64,000 nucleotides of DNA from an uncultured Pseudomonadales bacterium (GCA_964511175.1 CAZEEI010000006.1:73-64072); one strand, 5' to 3'; positions 37,633 through 47,221 are shown, counted from the stretch's first letter. Program-made: numbers and translations. Notes: generated by a model from the letters alone, not told the origin.

Positions 37633-38887
37633 CTTTATGTTTTCGCACCATTCGCTACGGCTACACTGGCCACCCCATACCCTGCCGCCAGCACTGCGCG
37701 GATTTTTGGTACATATTTTTCTGCAACGTGTGGCGGAAGCCCTGCTCACCATCGCCACGCCAATTGCTTTGTTTGAGTATGGCCAGCATCTGCCTTTCCT
37801 CAACCGTTTTTTCGCCGATCCCACTAAAACCGGTATTTTAGCGGTGATGTTGTTTTTCATTATCGAACGGTTAACTCTACTGCTTTTTACCGCCCCGCTG
37901 ACTAAGGTTTTTCAGCGATTGGGCGTGGCTCATACTATGGTACTGGGACAATTGCTGCTCACCTCTTCGCTCGTACTTTTGCCGCTCATTCCTTTAACAC
38001 CCGCGTGGTATCTGGTAGCAGCGGCACTGCGCGGCCCGGGTATTTTTCTCTACTGGGTAGGCCACTATACCTACTTCAATAGTGTGGCGGTACCACGCCA
38101 TTTGGGCAAAGAGGTAGGGGCTTTGGAGTTCCTCACTAAATTGGCTACCATCATTGCGCCATTGTTATCAGCAGTACTGATTGTTCGTTTTGGCTTTTGG
38201 AGTGCTTTTCTTACCAGCGCCGTCTTACTGGCAACAGCAGCTGTGACCTTGTTTATTATTCCTAATTACCAAACTAGGCTTGACTGGAATTGGTCCCGCT
38301 TAAGTCAAAGTCTGCGTCAACCCTACTATCGTAAGATCGCTCTCAGCATTGCCGGGTTTGCTTGGGAAGGCATCGGTTTTAATTTATTTTGGCCCCTCTT
38401 TTTATTTATCGCCTTTGGGCGCATTGCTACCGTCAGTTACATTTTGTCCGGCGCCACACTATTATCGTTATTGATTGTTTATTTGACGGGCACTTTTTTC
38501 GATGCTCATCATTCTTCCCGCCGCTTATCGGCTTTAACTGGTATCGGTTTAGGAATTATCTGGCTGCCTCGGATACTTTTCTGGCACTTCCCCCTCGCTT
38601 TAGTGGCTACGGAGACGGCCGATAGACTATTGGCCGGCGTTTACCAAACACTTTTTGTGGTTACTTTATTCGCTCACGCTCGTAACGAAAACATTTTTCG
38701 GTTTTACGTTAACCGGGAAATCATCTTATCCTTAACGGTAGTGATTGGTTTCGGCTTGGGAATAATTCTGCTGGTGCTGAGCTGGAACTGGTCACTCATT
38801 TTACTTAGTTTCATTGCTGGTATCCTCGCCAGTTTAAATATTTACAGTCCAGATTCAGACCATCTCAGTCGCGCCAAAAAGGGATGA
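37601..38887 (+). CDS. polytopic membrane protein (MFS-transporter-like, ~12 TM)
   Basis: hydrophobicity pattern only. Confidence 0.5.
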   Translation: MRNYPPPCYSNFMFSHHSLRLHWPPHTLPPALRGFLVHIFLQRVAEALLTIATPIALFEYGQHLPFLNRFFADPTKTGILAVMLFFIIERLTLLLFTAPLTKVFQRLGVAHTMVLGQLLLTSSLVLLPLIPLTPAWYLVAAALRGPGIFLYWVGHYTYFNSVAVPRHLGKEVGALEFLTKLATIIAPLLSAVLIVRFGFWSAFLTSAVLLATAAVTLFIIPNYQTRLDWNWSRLSQSLRQPYYRKIALSIAGFAWEGIGFNLFWPLFLFIAFGRIATVSYILSGATLLSLLIVYLTGTFFDAHHSSRRLSALTGIGLGIIWLPRILFWHFPLALVATETADRLLAGVYQTLFVVTLFAHARNENIFRFYVNREIILSLTVVIGFGLGIILLVLSWNWSLILLSFIAGILASLNIYSPDSDHLSRAKKG

Positions 38888-38899
38888 TAGACTGAGAAC

Positions 38900-39196
38900 A
38901 TGGCCGATTCGCTGCAATCTTTGTTGTCACAGTTTCAGGTCACCACCCAAAACAAGTACATTTCGCAAGAGTTTCAAGAATATGCTTACCGACTGGCCAT
39001 GGCTTTGGACGGCGAAACCAATGCAAAAACGGTGGGAATGTGTATGCGCCTGGTTAAGCGAAAGCCGCGGGCCTTGTTGGAACAAGCGCACAGTTTTATT
39101 CAAGACGCTAAGGCCCGCAACAAGGTTGCGCTTTTTTTGTGGAAATTAAAGCAACTTGAGATCCAATCTCAACCAAAAGTTAGCCAGGAAGATTAA
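38900..39196 (+). CDS. hypothetical protein (98 aa); C-terminus runs into REP-C palindrome
   Basis: ORF only. Confidence 0.35.
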   Translation: MADSLQSLLSQFQVTTQNKYISQEFQEYAYRLAMALDGETNAKTVGMCMRLVKRKPRALLEQAHSFIQDAKARNKVALFLWKLKQLEIQSQPKVSQED

Positions 39197-39735
39197 ACTT
39201 AGAAATATTCCTCTTGAGGAAAACAACGTTGAGATCGAATCTCAATGGTAACTATTCTGATCGCTTTCGCTGTTATTGTTTTTTCGATGGCCAAACTCTA
39301 CACGCGCAAAAAGTTTATCGCTGGCGCTTCTTATCACATTTTTAATCGAGGCAATAATCGATCAGCTATCTTTTTTTCTGAGGCTGATTTTCTGTTTTTT
39401 CGTCAGGCGGCTAACAAGGCTCTGATCAAAGTCGAAGGAGAAGTAGAAACACAAGTTTTCGCCCTGATGCCTAATCACTATCATTTGCTGGTTAAACAAA
39501 AAACGGAAAGGGCTATCAGTAAATTTATGCGTTCGACTATATGTGCCTACGCAAAATATATGAATCGAAAATACCAACGGGAAGGTACTTTGTTTAATGG
39601 TATCTATTGCGCTAAATTACTAACTACGGCAGCGGAAATTACTGCTGTACGCAAATATATTCTAGCTAATCCTGCTGAAGCTGGCTTGGTTGGTTGGCGC
39701 CACGTCGGTTTGCATATCTGAGGTCCAATCTCAAA
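39156..39735 (+). mobile_element. RAYT-REP unit 1: IS200-like tyrosine transposase flanked by TTGAGAT-N3-ATCTCAA palindromes (39156-39172, 39228-39245 upstream; degenerate 39719-39735 downstream)
   Basis: palindromes seen directly immediately bracketing the transposase ORF. Confidence 0.5.
39245..39721 (+). CDS. IS200/IS605-family Y1 HuH transposase-like protein (REP-associated tyrosine transposase type)
   Basis: ~155 aa; HuH motif PNHYHLLV; IFNRGNNR N-terminal motif; C-terminal Tyr (YILANP); two paralogs at 47222 and 60749. Confidence 0.7.
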   Translation: MVTILIAFAVIVFSMAKLYTRKKFIAGASYHIFNRGNNRSAIFFSEADFLFFRQAANKALIKVEGEVETQVFALMPNHYHLLVKQKTERAISKFMRSTICAYAKYMNRKYQREGTLFNGIYCAKLLTTAAEITAVRKYILANPAEAGLVGWRHVGLHI

Positions 39736-39788
39736 TCGGATCTTGTTTGGGTTGTGTCTAGCGAAAAAAACCTCTAGGATATTATTGT

Positions 39789-40364
39789 ATGTTGCGTTGG
39801 CGTAGCGTTTTGGTGTTGGTTGTCTGGTTGACTTTGTTGGCCGTAGGGCGATCCGTGGCGCAAGCCGCCACTTATGCCGTTACCATTTCTAACACCCAGT
39901 TTTCGCCAGCTGCTCTGCAGATATCGGTTGGCGACCAAATTAGTTTCTTCAACTCAACCACCGCCACCCAAAGTGCGGTTACTACCAATACCAGTGGTTT
40001 CAATACCGGCAATATTGGTGCCGGCCAGACTAAGGTAGTAATTGTCAGCTCCCCGGGAACTTTTTCTTATACTTCAGCCTACAATCCCGCCCTGGCCGGC
40101 ACAGTGACGGTCAGCAGCACAAGTACCAGCATCATTGCTACCCCCACCCCTAGCACCACAACCACCACGGTGGATTCAACACAACCCCAACCGGTGTCGG
40201 GTACAGCGGAAATAATGCTAACTTTAACGGCTGCTGGTTTGGCTTTGCTTGGTTTAGGTCTATATACTGCCCGCCATGGCACGGTGGTCGGCAACAATCC
40301 GGTAGTGCACCTTCCCTTGATATCAGCGGCGGAGGTTCAGCCTCATGAGCGTCTCGATCACTAA
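39789..40364 (+). CDS. secreted cupredoxin-like domain protein lacking copper ligands, PT-rich stalk, C-terminal anchor
   Basis: signal peptide; beta-sandwich ending ...NPALAGTVTVS; TPTPSTTTTT; QPVSGT + hydrophobic + RHG. Confidence 0.45.
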   Translation: MLRWRSVLVLVVWLTLLAVGRSVAQAATYAVTISNTQFSPAALQISVGDQISFFNSTTATQSAVTTNTSGFNTGNIGAGQTKVVIVSSPGTFSYTSAYNPALAGTVTVSSTSTSIIATPTPSTTTTTVDSTQPQPVSGTAEIMLTLTAAGLALLGLGLYTARHGTVVGNNPVVHLPLISAAEVQPHERLDH

Positions 40365-40896
40365 TTTTTACCAAAAATTGAGGCGACAACACCCTCATTT
40401 TGCACTTTCTTTGGCCGCAGGACTGCTCTTGGGTTTTTGGCGATCTTGGGGTGAAAGCAGCTGGTGGCTAATTGGTTGGTCGACACTATTGTTTGGGGCA
40501 GGTGTTCTGCTGGCTCAGCTGGTTTTCCTCGGTGATGAAGCCCTACACTACGCGACTCAACAACATTTGCCGCTGGGTAACCCCAGTGAAGTGATGAGTG
40601 ATATTTCACCATTGCGCCGGGGTTATATGCTGCTGGTCTTGCCGGTATTAGCCCTTTTTTTGATTTCTTCGACCCGCGCTACTTTAGGACTAGGCTTCTT
40701 TTGGGGCTTATCCAGCGTCTACTGGTGGGATTTGTGGCGTTACTTTACCGACACTACTGCCCGCGCCCAACTACATCAGCGCTACTTTAACCAATTCCCT
40801 GCAACTTCAGCTTGGGTAACGGGAATATTGTTGGCCTATTTGGCGTACGGTCTGATCCTAACCGTAGTATTGGGGTGGCAGCAGGGAACCACATGA
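40345..40896 (+). CDS. integral membrane protein (4 TM)
   Basis: hydrophobicity; ATGA overlap with lgt. Confidence 0.45.
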   Translation: MSVSITNFYQKLRRQHPHFALSLAAGLLLGFWRSWGESSWWLIGWSTLLFGAGVLLAQLVFLGDEALHYATQQHLPLGNPSEVMSDISPLRRGYMLLVLPVLALFLISSTRATLGLGFFWGLSSVYWWDLWRYFTDTTARAQLHQRYFNQFPATSAWVTGILLAYLAYGLILTVVLGWQQGTT

Positions 40897-42686
40897 ACTT
40901 TTCCTGGTACGGATTATTGATTGGCTTGGCTGTAGTCGTGGCTTTAGTTCTGGCCGAACACCTTCTTTTTCTCACTCGACCGAAAGCGGCCAAGCGAACC
41001 AACTGGGGGCAGCTGGCCTGGGCTATTTTCTTGGGGGGAGTGGTGGGCGCGCGCGGTTACCACGTCTGGACCGATTGGTCACTCTACCGCGCGCGCCCCA
41101 TCACCGCACTATTTATCTGGCAAGGTGGCTTAGGTATCTGGGGCGGCATTGCCGGCGGGTTAATCGGCTTAACCATTTGGCATAAATTAAGTCGCTCTAC
41201 TTGGCGCTGGCTAGAACTAGCCGATGCCGCCGCTATTGTTACTCCCTTCGGCCAAGCAATCGGCCGTCTGGGAAACTGGTGTAACCAAGAAATCTACGGT
41301 CCTCCCACGAATTTACCCTGGAAAATCTGGATTGCCCCTGAGCATCGCTTACCTGCGCTGACCGAACAGGCCTATTATCATCCACTCTGGCTTTATGAGG
41401 CGCTGGCTAATCTCGTCATCGGTTTACTGTTGTATTGTCTGTGGCGCATTAATCGGTCTTGCCGAATTTTTCCTTTTTTCCAATTGGGTTCGGGCGGCTT
41501 TCTGGCTCTGTGGATGTTGGGATATGGCACCGTCCGTTTTTCGCTCGAATTATTACGTTTAGAATCAGCTCTGGGCTGGGGCGGTTTAACCATTGCGCAG
41601 TGGGTGGCGCTGGGTGCGATCGCGGGTGGTTTGAGTTGGTTGGCTGTTTTGGCTCGTCAATCAGTAGCCCGCTTAGCTGGCGCGTTGGCCGGTCTCGCCT
41701 TTCTAATCTGGTCAGCTACTAGCGTTCGGGCGCAAACACCCGTTCCTTTTGACTTATCGATTAGCCCTTCGGTAGTGGAAATAACCGTTAAACCAGGTAA
41801 GTTGGTTACTCAGGCTTTCTTGCTGGAAAACAGTGGTTCGGATGATCTAGAAGTCACGCCAGTGTTGCGCGATTTTACTGCTGACAACCAAACTGGTCGG
41901 GTAGTTTTGCAGGAGGTTGGTACTTTCCCCTACGCTCAACTGGCCAACGCCGAGCAACAACTTAATCAACCCTTCCTTTTACCCAGCGGTGGCAGTCAGC
42001 AACTGGTACTAGGTTTGGATATTCCCGAAAACGCAGTCGAGCGCGATTGGTACTTTACGCTGTTACTAACGACGCGCCGCGCGGCCACTACCTCCCTAAC
42101 TGATTCCGGCGCTGAGGCGCGCGGCGCAATTGGCGCCAACCTTTTGGTACGTATCACCGCTACCGACACCACGCCGTTATCCTGGAACATCAAACTGCAA
42201 CTGCCCCGTTTTATTGACAGTTTGCAAACCCTCACTCCCCACGCCCTCATTAGTAATAACAGCGACACCGTTGCCTCGCCAGAATTGAGCCTGGTCATCC
42301 TCGATTGGAAAAATCAAATTGTCCATCAACAAGATGGCCTGCCAGATCGTATTCTGGCACACAGCAGTCGGGAAATTTGGGCTGCTCAAGCTCGCCGCGA
42401 CGATCCGCGTTCGTTCGACAGCGCGCCCTTTACCTACAATCCACTCCTGGCGCTGGGACCCTACCGAGTCCGCGTCACCATCCGCAACGCAGCAGCTGGC
42501 CCAATGATTGTTGAAGAAACAGTTTGGGCGTTACCTTTTTCCTTATCAGCCGGAATAATCATTTTAGCGATCATTTATTTTTTAGGCCGAAAAAGTGGCT
42601 GGCACTTAACGGCGACGGCGGCTAACCAACCAGGCGAGCAACAGCACCGGCAGCCACAGCGGCGTAAACACCGCCAGCCAGATTAA
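40893..42686 (+). CDS. lgt: prolipoprotein diacylglyceryl transferase fused to C-terminal TM + extracellular beta-sandwich domain
   Basis: Lgt motifs (GARGYHVWTDW, GGLGIWGGIAGG, GNWCNQEIYG) in first ~280 aa; extra ~320 aa with TM and CARDB/DUF11-like beta domain. Confidence 0.75.
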   Translation: MNFSWYGLLIGLAVVVALVLAEHLLFLTRPKAAKRTNWGQLAWAIFLGGVVGARGYHVWTDWSLYRARPITALFIWQGGLGIWGGIAGGLIGLTIWHKLSRSTWRWLELADAAAIVTPFGQAIGRLGNWCNQEIYGPPTNLPWKIWIAPEHRLPALTEQAYYHPLWLYEALANLVIGLLLYCLWRINRSCRIFPFFQLGSGGFLALWMLGYGTVRFSLELLRLESALGWGGLTIAQWVALGAIAGGLSWLAVLARQSVARLAGALAGLAFLIWSATSVRAQTPVPFDLSISPSVVEITVKPGKLVTQAFLLENSGSDDLEVTPVLRDFTADNQTGRVVLQEVGTFPYAQLANAEQQLNQPFLLPSGGSQQLVLGLDIPENAVERDWYFTLLLTTRRAATTSLTDSGAEARGAIGANLLVRITATDTTPLSWNIKLQLPRFIDSLQTLTPHALISNNSDTVASPELSLVILDWKNQIVHQQDGLPDRILAHSSREIWAAQARRDDPRSFDSAPFTYNPLLALGPYRVRVTIRNAAAGPMIVEETVWALPFSLSAGIIILAIIYFLGRKSGWHLTATAANQPGEQQHRQPQRRKHRQPD

Positions 42687-43526
42687 GCCGGAACCAAAGC
42701 TGCGCAGGGTTACAACCAAAGAACGCGCTGCTTGTTTAAAGATCGCTTGTGGCCGCCAAGCCTGATCTGGCGCGTAAGGTAAAGCCAATTCGTCCGTAGC
42801 TAAATTAGCGGTCAGACGCACTAGTTGAGCCGACTTTTCCAAATACTGCTGCTGCCCTTTAACGGCATCGATTTGCTGCTGCAAATTGACTAATTCGCGC
42901 TGAACTCGGAGCGAATCATCCACCGTACGTGCTTCGGCAAAAATGCTTTCGAACTTAGCCTTAGTTTTATTCAGCACATCCAAGCGTGCTTCTAAATCGA
43001 CATACTGATCGGTGACATCGTTGCCGGTCACATTTTCGCTGGTCACCCGCACCGCTTGATCACGCCAAACTTGACGCACTGCTTCGGCCTGATCGACCGG
43101 CACCCGCACGGTAATCGTGCCCGTATCCGCTCCCTCTGGAGAATTGAGATAAGAACTCACTAGAAAACCACCTTTACTTTCTGCCGCTTGACGTAAGCTG
43201 GTGATCGAAGCCGATACGTCTTTAACCAATAAAGATAAACTGGTCTCGGTAATAACTAGCCGTTCAGTTTGATCGGTGGGCGCCACCGGCTGGAATGTAG
43301 ACGGTACCGGCATGACCGATGGAGTTCCCGCACTATAACTCATATCTTCGGACACAGCAGCTGTTTCACTCACCCTCTTGCTGACGGCGCTTAAGCCAAA
43401 TCCCTGATTAAGCGGGATCGTGGGATTGGCAGTTAACTGTTTAGCACCAAGCCAGAATACTAAAGCCAGCAATACCACCACTAAGATGTTTGTTTTAGCC
43501 CAGGAAAATAAATGAGATAACCACAT
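42606..43526 (-). CDS. membrane-anchored coiled-coil protein (DUF4349-like)
   Basis: N-terminal TM, central coiled coil, C-terminal TM + RRRR. Confidence 0.45.
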   Translation of the reverse strand: MWLSHLFSWAKTNILVVVLLALVFWLGAKQLTANPTIPLNQGFGLSAVSKRVSETAAVSEDMSYSAGTPSVMPVPSTFQPVAPTDQTERLVITETSLSLLVKDVSASITSLRQAAESKGGFLVSSYLNSPEGADTGTITVRVPVDQAEAVRQVWRDQAVRVTSENVTGNDVTDQYVDLEARLDVLNKTKAKFESIFAEARTVDDSLRVQRELVNLQQQIDAVKGQQQYLEKSAQLVRLTANLATDELALPYAPDQAWRPQAIFKQAARSLVVTLRSFGSGLIWLAVFTPLWLPVLLLAWLVSRRRR

Positions 43527-43606
43527 ATGCCCTCATCTTAACACCAAAACCAGTAAGCGAAACTATCTTCTTGAATTTTTATCCGGAAAGTAACTTACCA
43601 TCTAGA

Positions 43607-43912
43607 TTATCTACAACCGACTTTACGACTGCCCTGCCTCGTCAGGCTGACATAACCGCGCTTATCCATTTTCAAAAAACCAACGTCGATTAATTCGTTA
43701 ATCATGCTCATGTAGCCAGCATAATCGCCTAGCATTTTGAGATTTTCAGCCAACTGCCGTACACCGACGCCAGGCTTAGGAATAGCGCGTAAAATACGCC
43801 AGCCCCAGCCGGTTAGTTCTATATCAACCGGTAGCTTGCGATCAGTGGCTGCTGATTTTGCTTCCGGAGATTGGCGCAACATGGCACCATTATAGCGCCA
43901 TGTGTTTTTCAT
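43607..43912 (-). CDS. small winged-helix-like protein (101 aa)
   Basis: ORF; helix-turn-helix-like segment RQLAENLKMLGDYAGYMSMINELIDVGFL. Confidence 0.35.
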   Translation of the reverse strand: MKNTWRYNGAMLRQSPEAKSAATDRKLPVDIELTGWGWRILRAIPKPGVGVRQLAENLKMLGDYAGYMSMINELIDVGFLKMDKRGYVSLTRQGSRKVGCR

Positions 43913-43967
43913 GTATTAGTACGCTACTACATGAAAAAAGGAGTAGGTTGTCACTTTTCGGTCAGGA

Positions 43968-44189
43968 TTGGGGGTTAAGATCAACGCAATGACCAAAAAA
44001 CGATCCTCAAACGCAGACAGCGATTTTGACAATGACGATTGTCCAATCTGTGCTGCCTGTCGAAAGTCCGAGGCCGCCGGACACAATCTAACCCTAACAC
44101 AACTTAAATCAGCTTTTGCCGTGGCCAAAAAAATGGGCTACATGACCGGCACCGGCGAGGACTTAGAAAGAGAAGAAAGGCTTAATTGA
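43968..44189 (+). CDS. hypothetical small acidic protein (73 aa)
   Basis: ORF upstream of vapBC. Confidence 0.25.
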   Translation: MGVKINAMTKKRSSNADSDFDNDDCPICAACRKSEAAGHNLTLTQLKSAFAVAKKMGYMTGTGEDLEREERLN

Positions 44190-44222
44190 CAGCTTCATAT
44201 TAGGTAATAAAATATTACTAGT

Positions 44223-44513
44223 ATGAAAGTAGGAGTAATCGCCACCACCAATCAAAAGGGACAAATTGTTATTCCCGCTGCCTTTCGGAATCAATTGGGA
44301 ATTACTGACCAAATACCCTTACACATTACTATCCAGGGAAACATCATTCAGATCGTACCAATTAAAGACATCGTCACTATGGAAAATCAAACTCATCATT
44401 ACTTAGATATCCTTAAAAAAACGCAGGGGTCTTGGCAGGGCGATCCGGACATATCAGCTCAAAAAACCAACCTTGAACACCAAGCTTCCGTTAAAAGAAA
44501 ACAATCATGGTAG
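44223..44513 (+). CDS. vapB: AbrB/MazE/SpoVT-family antitoxin (VapB-like)
   Basis: KGQIVIPAAFRNQLGI swapped-hairpin motif; 4-nt overlap with PIN gene. Confidence 0.7.
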   Translation: MKVGVIATTNQKGQIVIPAAFRNQLGITDQIPLHITIQGNIIQIVPIKDIVTMENQTHHYLDILKKTQGSWQGDPDISAQKTNLEHQASVKRKQSW

Positions 44514-44893
44514 TTCTGGATACCAGTATTATTATTGATCACCTACGATCTAATCGGCAGTCAAAAAGCGCTTTACTGCTTCTGGTAGAACATCAACCTC
44601 AAACCATGCTGGGAATATCAATCATTAGTATTCAAGAATTATACGAAGGACAAAGTACTCGCATCATCGAAAAAGAAAAAGACTTATTAGCCGTTCTTGG
44701 TCCACTAAAAATCCTACCCTATTCCTACACTATCGCCCAATCGGCCGGAAGATTGGCGCGGGATCGGTCGCAACCAATCGAGTTAGCCGATGCCGCCATC
44801 GCCGCCACCGCCATTGCCCATAATGCTCAACTTTATACTCTGAACCGCAAAGATTTTATCCGCATTCCGGAATTAAAACTTTTTACTTTATAA
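44507..44893 (+). CDS. vapC: PIN-domain toxin (VapC-like)
   Basis: MVVLDTSIIID N-terminal acidic-residue motif; 128 aa. Confidence 0.75.
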   Translation: MVVLDTSIIIDHLRSNRQSKSALLLLVEHQPQTMLGISIISIQELYEGQSTRIIEKEKDLLAVLGPLKILPYSYTIAQSAGRLARDRSQPIELADAAIAATAIAHNAQLYTLNRKDFIRIPELKLFTL

Positions 44894-44979
44894 AGGTTAT
44901 CTAGTTGATGAAGCAAGAAGGTCGTTTAGCTGCTCCTGAAAAATAGACACCAACTGCTGCATCATATGTCAATCCGAAA

Positions 44980-45468
44980 TTAAATACCTATCGTATTTAT
45001 TCTGACGCCACCCTTGTCCCGCGGCGCTCCGGGCGGAACTATGCGGCTTTGCTCGTGGCGATAGTAACTATTGCCCGAAGTAGCTTTCTCTTTGAGTCCG
45101 ACGTAGCCAAAAATAGGATCGATGATGGCGGCACGTAGCGGCGTCCGATCCGAAACAATGTCCACTTCCAACCAATAATGTTGATCGAACGGATTATAAT
45201 CACAGCCCATGATGCGCGGGTTGCTTAGTTGGGATGAAGTCTGCACCAATTGTTTAAGGAATGGATAGCCGGTGTCAACAAACCAGTTACAGCGACGCAA
45301 AATATAATCACCTGATTGCCGAACTTCTGTAAAAACGGCTAATGCCGCTTGTTGCAGGGAAGCCTGCTCTTCTGGGGAAAGTCCTTCTGGGTTAAATTTC
45401 ACTGACCCATGCGGGGCGTCGAAAATTACTAGCGGTCGAACATTATTCTCGGCTCTTTGGCTTTGCAT
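44980..45468 (-). CDS. hypothetical protein (162 aa)
   Basis: ORF only. Confidence 0.45.
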   Translation of the reverse strand: MQSQRAENNVRPLVIFDAPHGSVKFNPEGLSPEEQASLQQAALAVFTEVRQSGDYILRRCNWFVDTGYPFLKQLVQTSSQLSNPRIMGCDYNPFDQHYWLEVDIVSDRTPLRAAIIDPIFGYVGLKEKATSGNSYYRHEQSRIVPPGAPRDKGGVRINTIGI

Positions 45469-45510
45469 GGGGAAATTATATCAAGAAAAAATAGACACTA
45501 AGCTTTATTG

Positions 45511-45581
45511 CAGGCCTACTAGGATTCGAACCTAGACGAAGGGTTTTGGAGACCCTCATGCTACCGTTACATCATAGGCCT
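45511..45581 (-). tRNA. tRNA-Trp (anticodon CCA)
   Basis: manual fold: acceptor AGGCCTA/TAGGCCT, 3-bp D-stem, anticodon stem AGGGT/ACCCT with loop CTCCAAA, T-arm CTAGG-TTCGAAT-CCTAG; 71 nt; no encoded CCA. Confidence 0.8.
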
Positions 45582-45644
45582 AAGATAGTGCGGCTATTTT
45601 ATCATCAACCTCTGGCTGAAACACCTGGTACAATACGTACTATT

Positions 45645-45727
45645 GCCGGCTTACCCAAGCGGTCAACGGGGGCAGACTGTAAATCTGCTGGCGTACGCCT
45701 ACGGAGGTTCGAGTCCTTCAGCCGGCA
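45645..45727 (+). tRNA. tRNA-Tyr (anticodon GUA), class II long variable arm
   Basis: acceptor GCCGGCT/AGCCGGC, anticodon stem GCAGA/TCTGC loop CTGTAAA, variable arm TGGCGTACGCCTAC, T-arm GGAGG-TTCGAGT-CCTTC; 83 nt. Confidence 0.8.
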
Positions 45728-45729
45728 CA

Positions 45730-45788
45730 TGAGGGTGCTGAGGGTGTCACCCTCCAGAGGTAGAAAACTTCAGGGTTACACCCTACAA
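45730..45788. repeat. REP family B element (GAGGGTGCTGAGGGTGTCACCCTCCAGAGGTAGAAAACTTCAGGGTTACACCCT)
   Basis: seen directly; abuts 3' end of tRNA-Tyr. Confidence 0.6.
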
Positions 45789-45795
45789 TGGTCGT

Positions 45796-47163
45796 ATGCC
45801 TGCCTCGCTGTTTGATCCAGATTTGGTTAGACTCCTTGAGGGAGACCGACTCATCCTCAGCAAAACTCAGTTCCCGATTGTCACTGTTTCCGCCAGCTTT
45901 CGCGACGTAGTCGAACTACAGCACGCGGTATCGGATGACGTAAATTATCCCGACGTGGTTTTTTCGCGAGCGCATTACTCGATGGCTCTGGCGATTGCCA
46001 TAGCAGCCTGGGGTAAAGAACGTGTTGATCGGGAAAAGGCTTGGCTGGTTGACCCCACTAACTACGTCAACAAAAACGATTGGCAAAAAATTGCCTTTTC
46101 CGAACAAATTGGGCGCATTTTGGCGCGCAATGATTTTTTGGCCTGGATTAAAAAAAATTTAGTCGATCGCTACGGACGCAAAAAACTGCCTATCACCGCC
46201 GCTATCACGCCGCCGCTGCTTTTCCTCACCGAGCAAATCCATCGGCCAATCATCAGCGTACATGACCAAACCGGCAATATCCTGGCAGGAACGGGCAAAA
46301 CAGTGATTCAGGTAGTGACTGATCCCTTCGTGCGTCCGGAATATTTGTACCATGGCGAACTACCCACTATGCACTATTGTGTCTTCGACGAACAAACGCG
46401 AACCGACTTATTAACCATGGCTCAAGACCTGGAGAAAGACGTGCCACCGGAACGGGTGACGGTGACGGGGCCGCCGGTCGATCCGCGTATTGTGGCCGCC
46501 CGTGACCAAAAAAGTGCCGACGGTTGGTATCGCCGCCCACTACACTTGTTATTGACGACCGGCGGCCTAGGCACTAATAAAGAAGAATTACACACTTTGT
46601 TGGAACAACTACTACCTTTAATTCGGCAAAAACCGCTGCCTATCCAGTTGGTTTACTATGCCGGCACTAATGAAGATCACGCCCACATGGTTCAAGACCT
46701 GGCCAAAAAACACGGTATTCGCCTGGCTAATCCGAACGATCAGCATGCCCCATTGCGCCTGCTTTACGCCGACGATGTCGTGGTGGCGAATCAGTATTTA
46801 ATTGTTTATGGCTTCCCATGGGCCGACGTAGTTTTCACTAAGCCCTCTGGCGATATGGCCTACGATGCGGTGGCGGCCGGCTGCGGCCTGTTCTTCCTTG
46901 AACCCTGGGGAGCCTGGGAACGAACTATTCAGCGACTTTTTATTCATCAGGGTTTGGCTCGCAACGCCGAGCCGACCGCCATTGTGGGTCAATTACAAAC
47001 TTTGGCTCAACCCAACCATCGATCTTGGCTAACCGCCAGTATTAATAAGGCGCTTTCACTGCCGCCCACTTACTTGCGAGGAGCCGCCAACATCTTGGCC
47101 GTCGCCCGTCGCGCTGGGAGGGGTCAGACCTTGGCTGGGGTCAGACCCACCCCCTGGGTCTGA
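45796..47163 (+). CDS. GT-B glycosyltransferase, GT28-like (MGDG-synthase/MurG-like)
   Basis: LLLTTGGLGTN and C-terminal TKPSGDMAYDAVAAGCGLFFLEPWGAWE resemble MGDG synthase/MurG motifs; C-terminal residues are read-through of REP-A. Confidence 0.5.
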   Translation: MPASLFDPDLVRLLEGDRLILSKTQFPIVTVSASFRDVVELQHAVSDDVNYPDVVFSRAHYSMALAIAIAAWGKERVDREKAWLVDPTNYVNKNDWQKIAFSEQIGRILARNDFLAWIKKNLVDRYGRKKLPITAAITPPLLFLTEQIHRPIISVHDQTGNILAGTGKTVIQVVTDPFVRPEYLYHGELPTMHYCVFDEQTRTDLLTMAQDLEKDVPPERVTVTGPPVDPRIVAARDQKSADGWYRRPLHLLLTTGGLGTNKEELHTLLEQLLPLIRQKPLPIQLVYYAGTNEDHAHMVQDLAKKHGIRLANPNDQHAPLRLLYADDVVVANQYLIVYGFPWADVVFTKPSGDMAYDAVAAGCGLFFLEPWGAWERTIQRLFIHQGLARNAEPTAIVGQLQTLAQPNHRSWLTASINKALSLPPTYLRGAANILAVARRAGRGQTLAGVRPTPWV

Positions 47164-47186
47164 CCCTGCCATGGGTCGGACCCGTC
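47118..47186. repeat. REP family A cluster (GGGGTCAGACC x4, mixed orientation)
   Basis: seen directly, upstream of RAYT paralog 2. Confidence 0.65.
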
Positions 47187-47221
47187 ACTATGTTGTCAGA
47201 ATTGATTGCTACTCTTAGCGC

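Noticed and set aside
45546-45815. 89-aa ORF in the six-frame track
   Set aside because: It spans the tRNA-Trp and tRNA-Tyr genes and a REP element; it is an artefact of the structured RNA/repeat region.
45796-47163. YADD tetrapeptide (LLYADDVVVANQ) suggesting a reverse transcriptase / DGR
   Set aside because: The surrounding sequence has GT-B glycosyltransferase motifs (LLLTTGGLG, TKPSGD...) and no RT motifs 1-7; no template/variable repeat pair seen, so not a retroelement.
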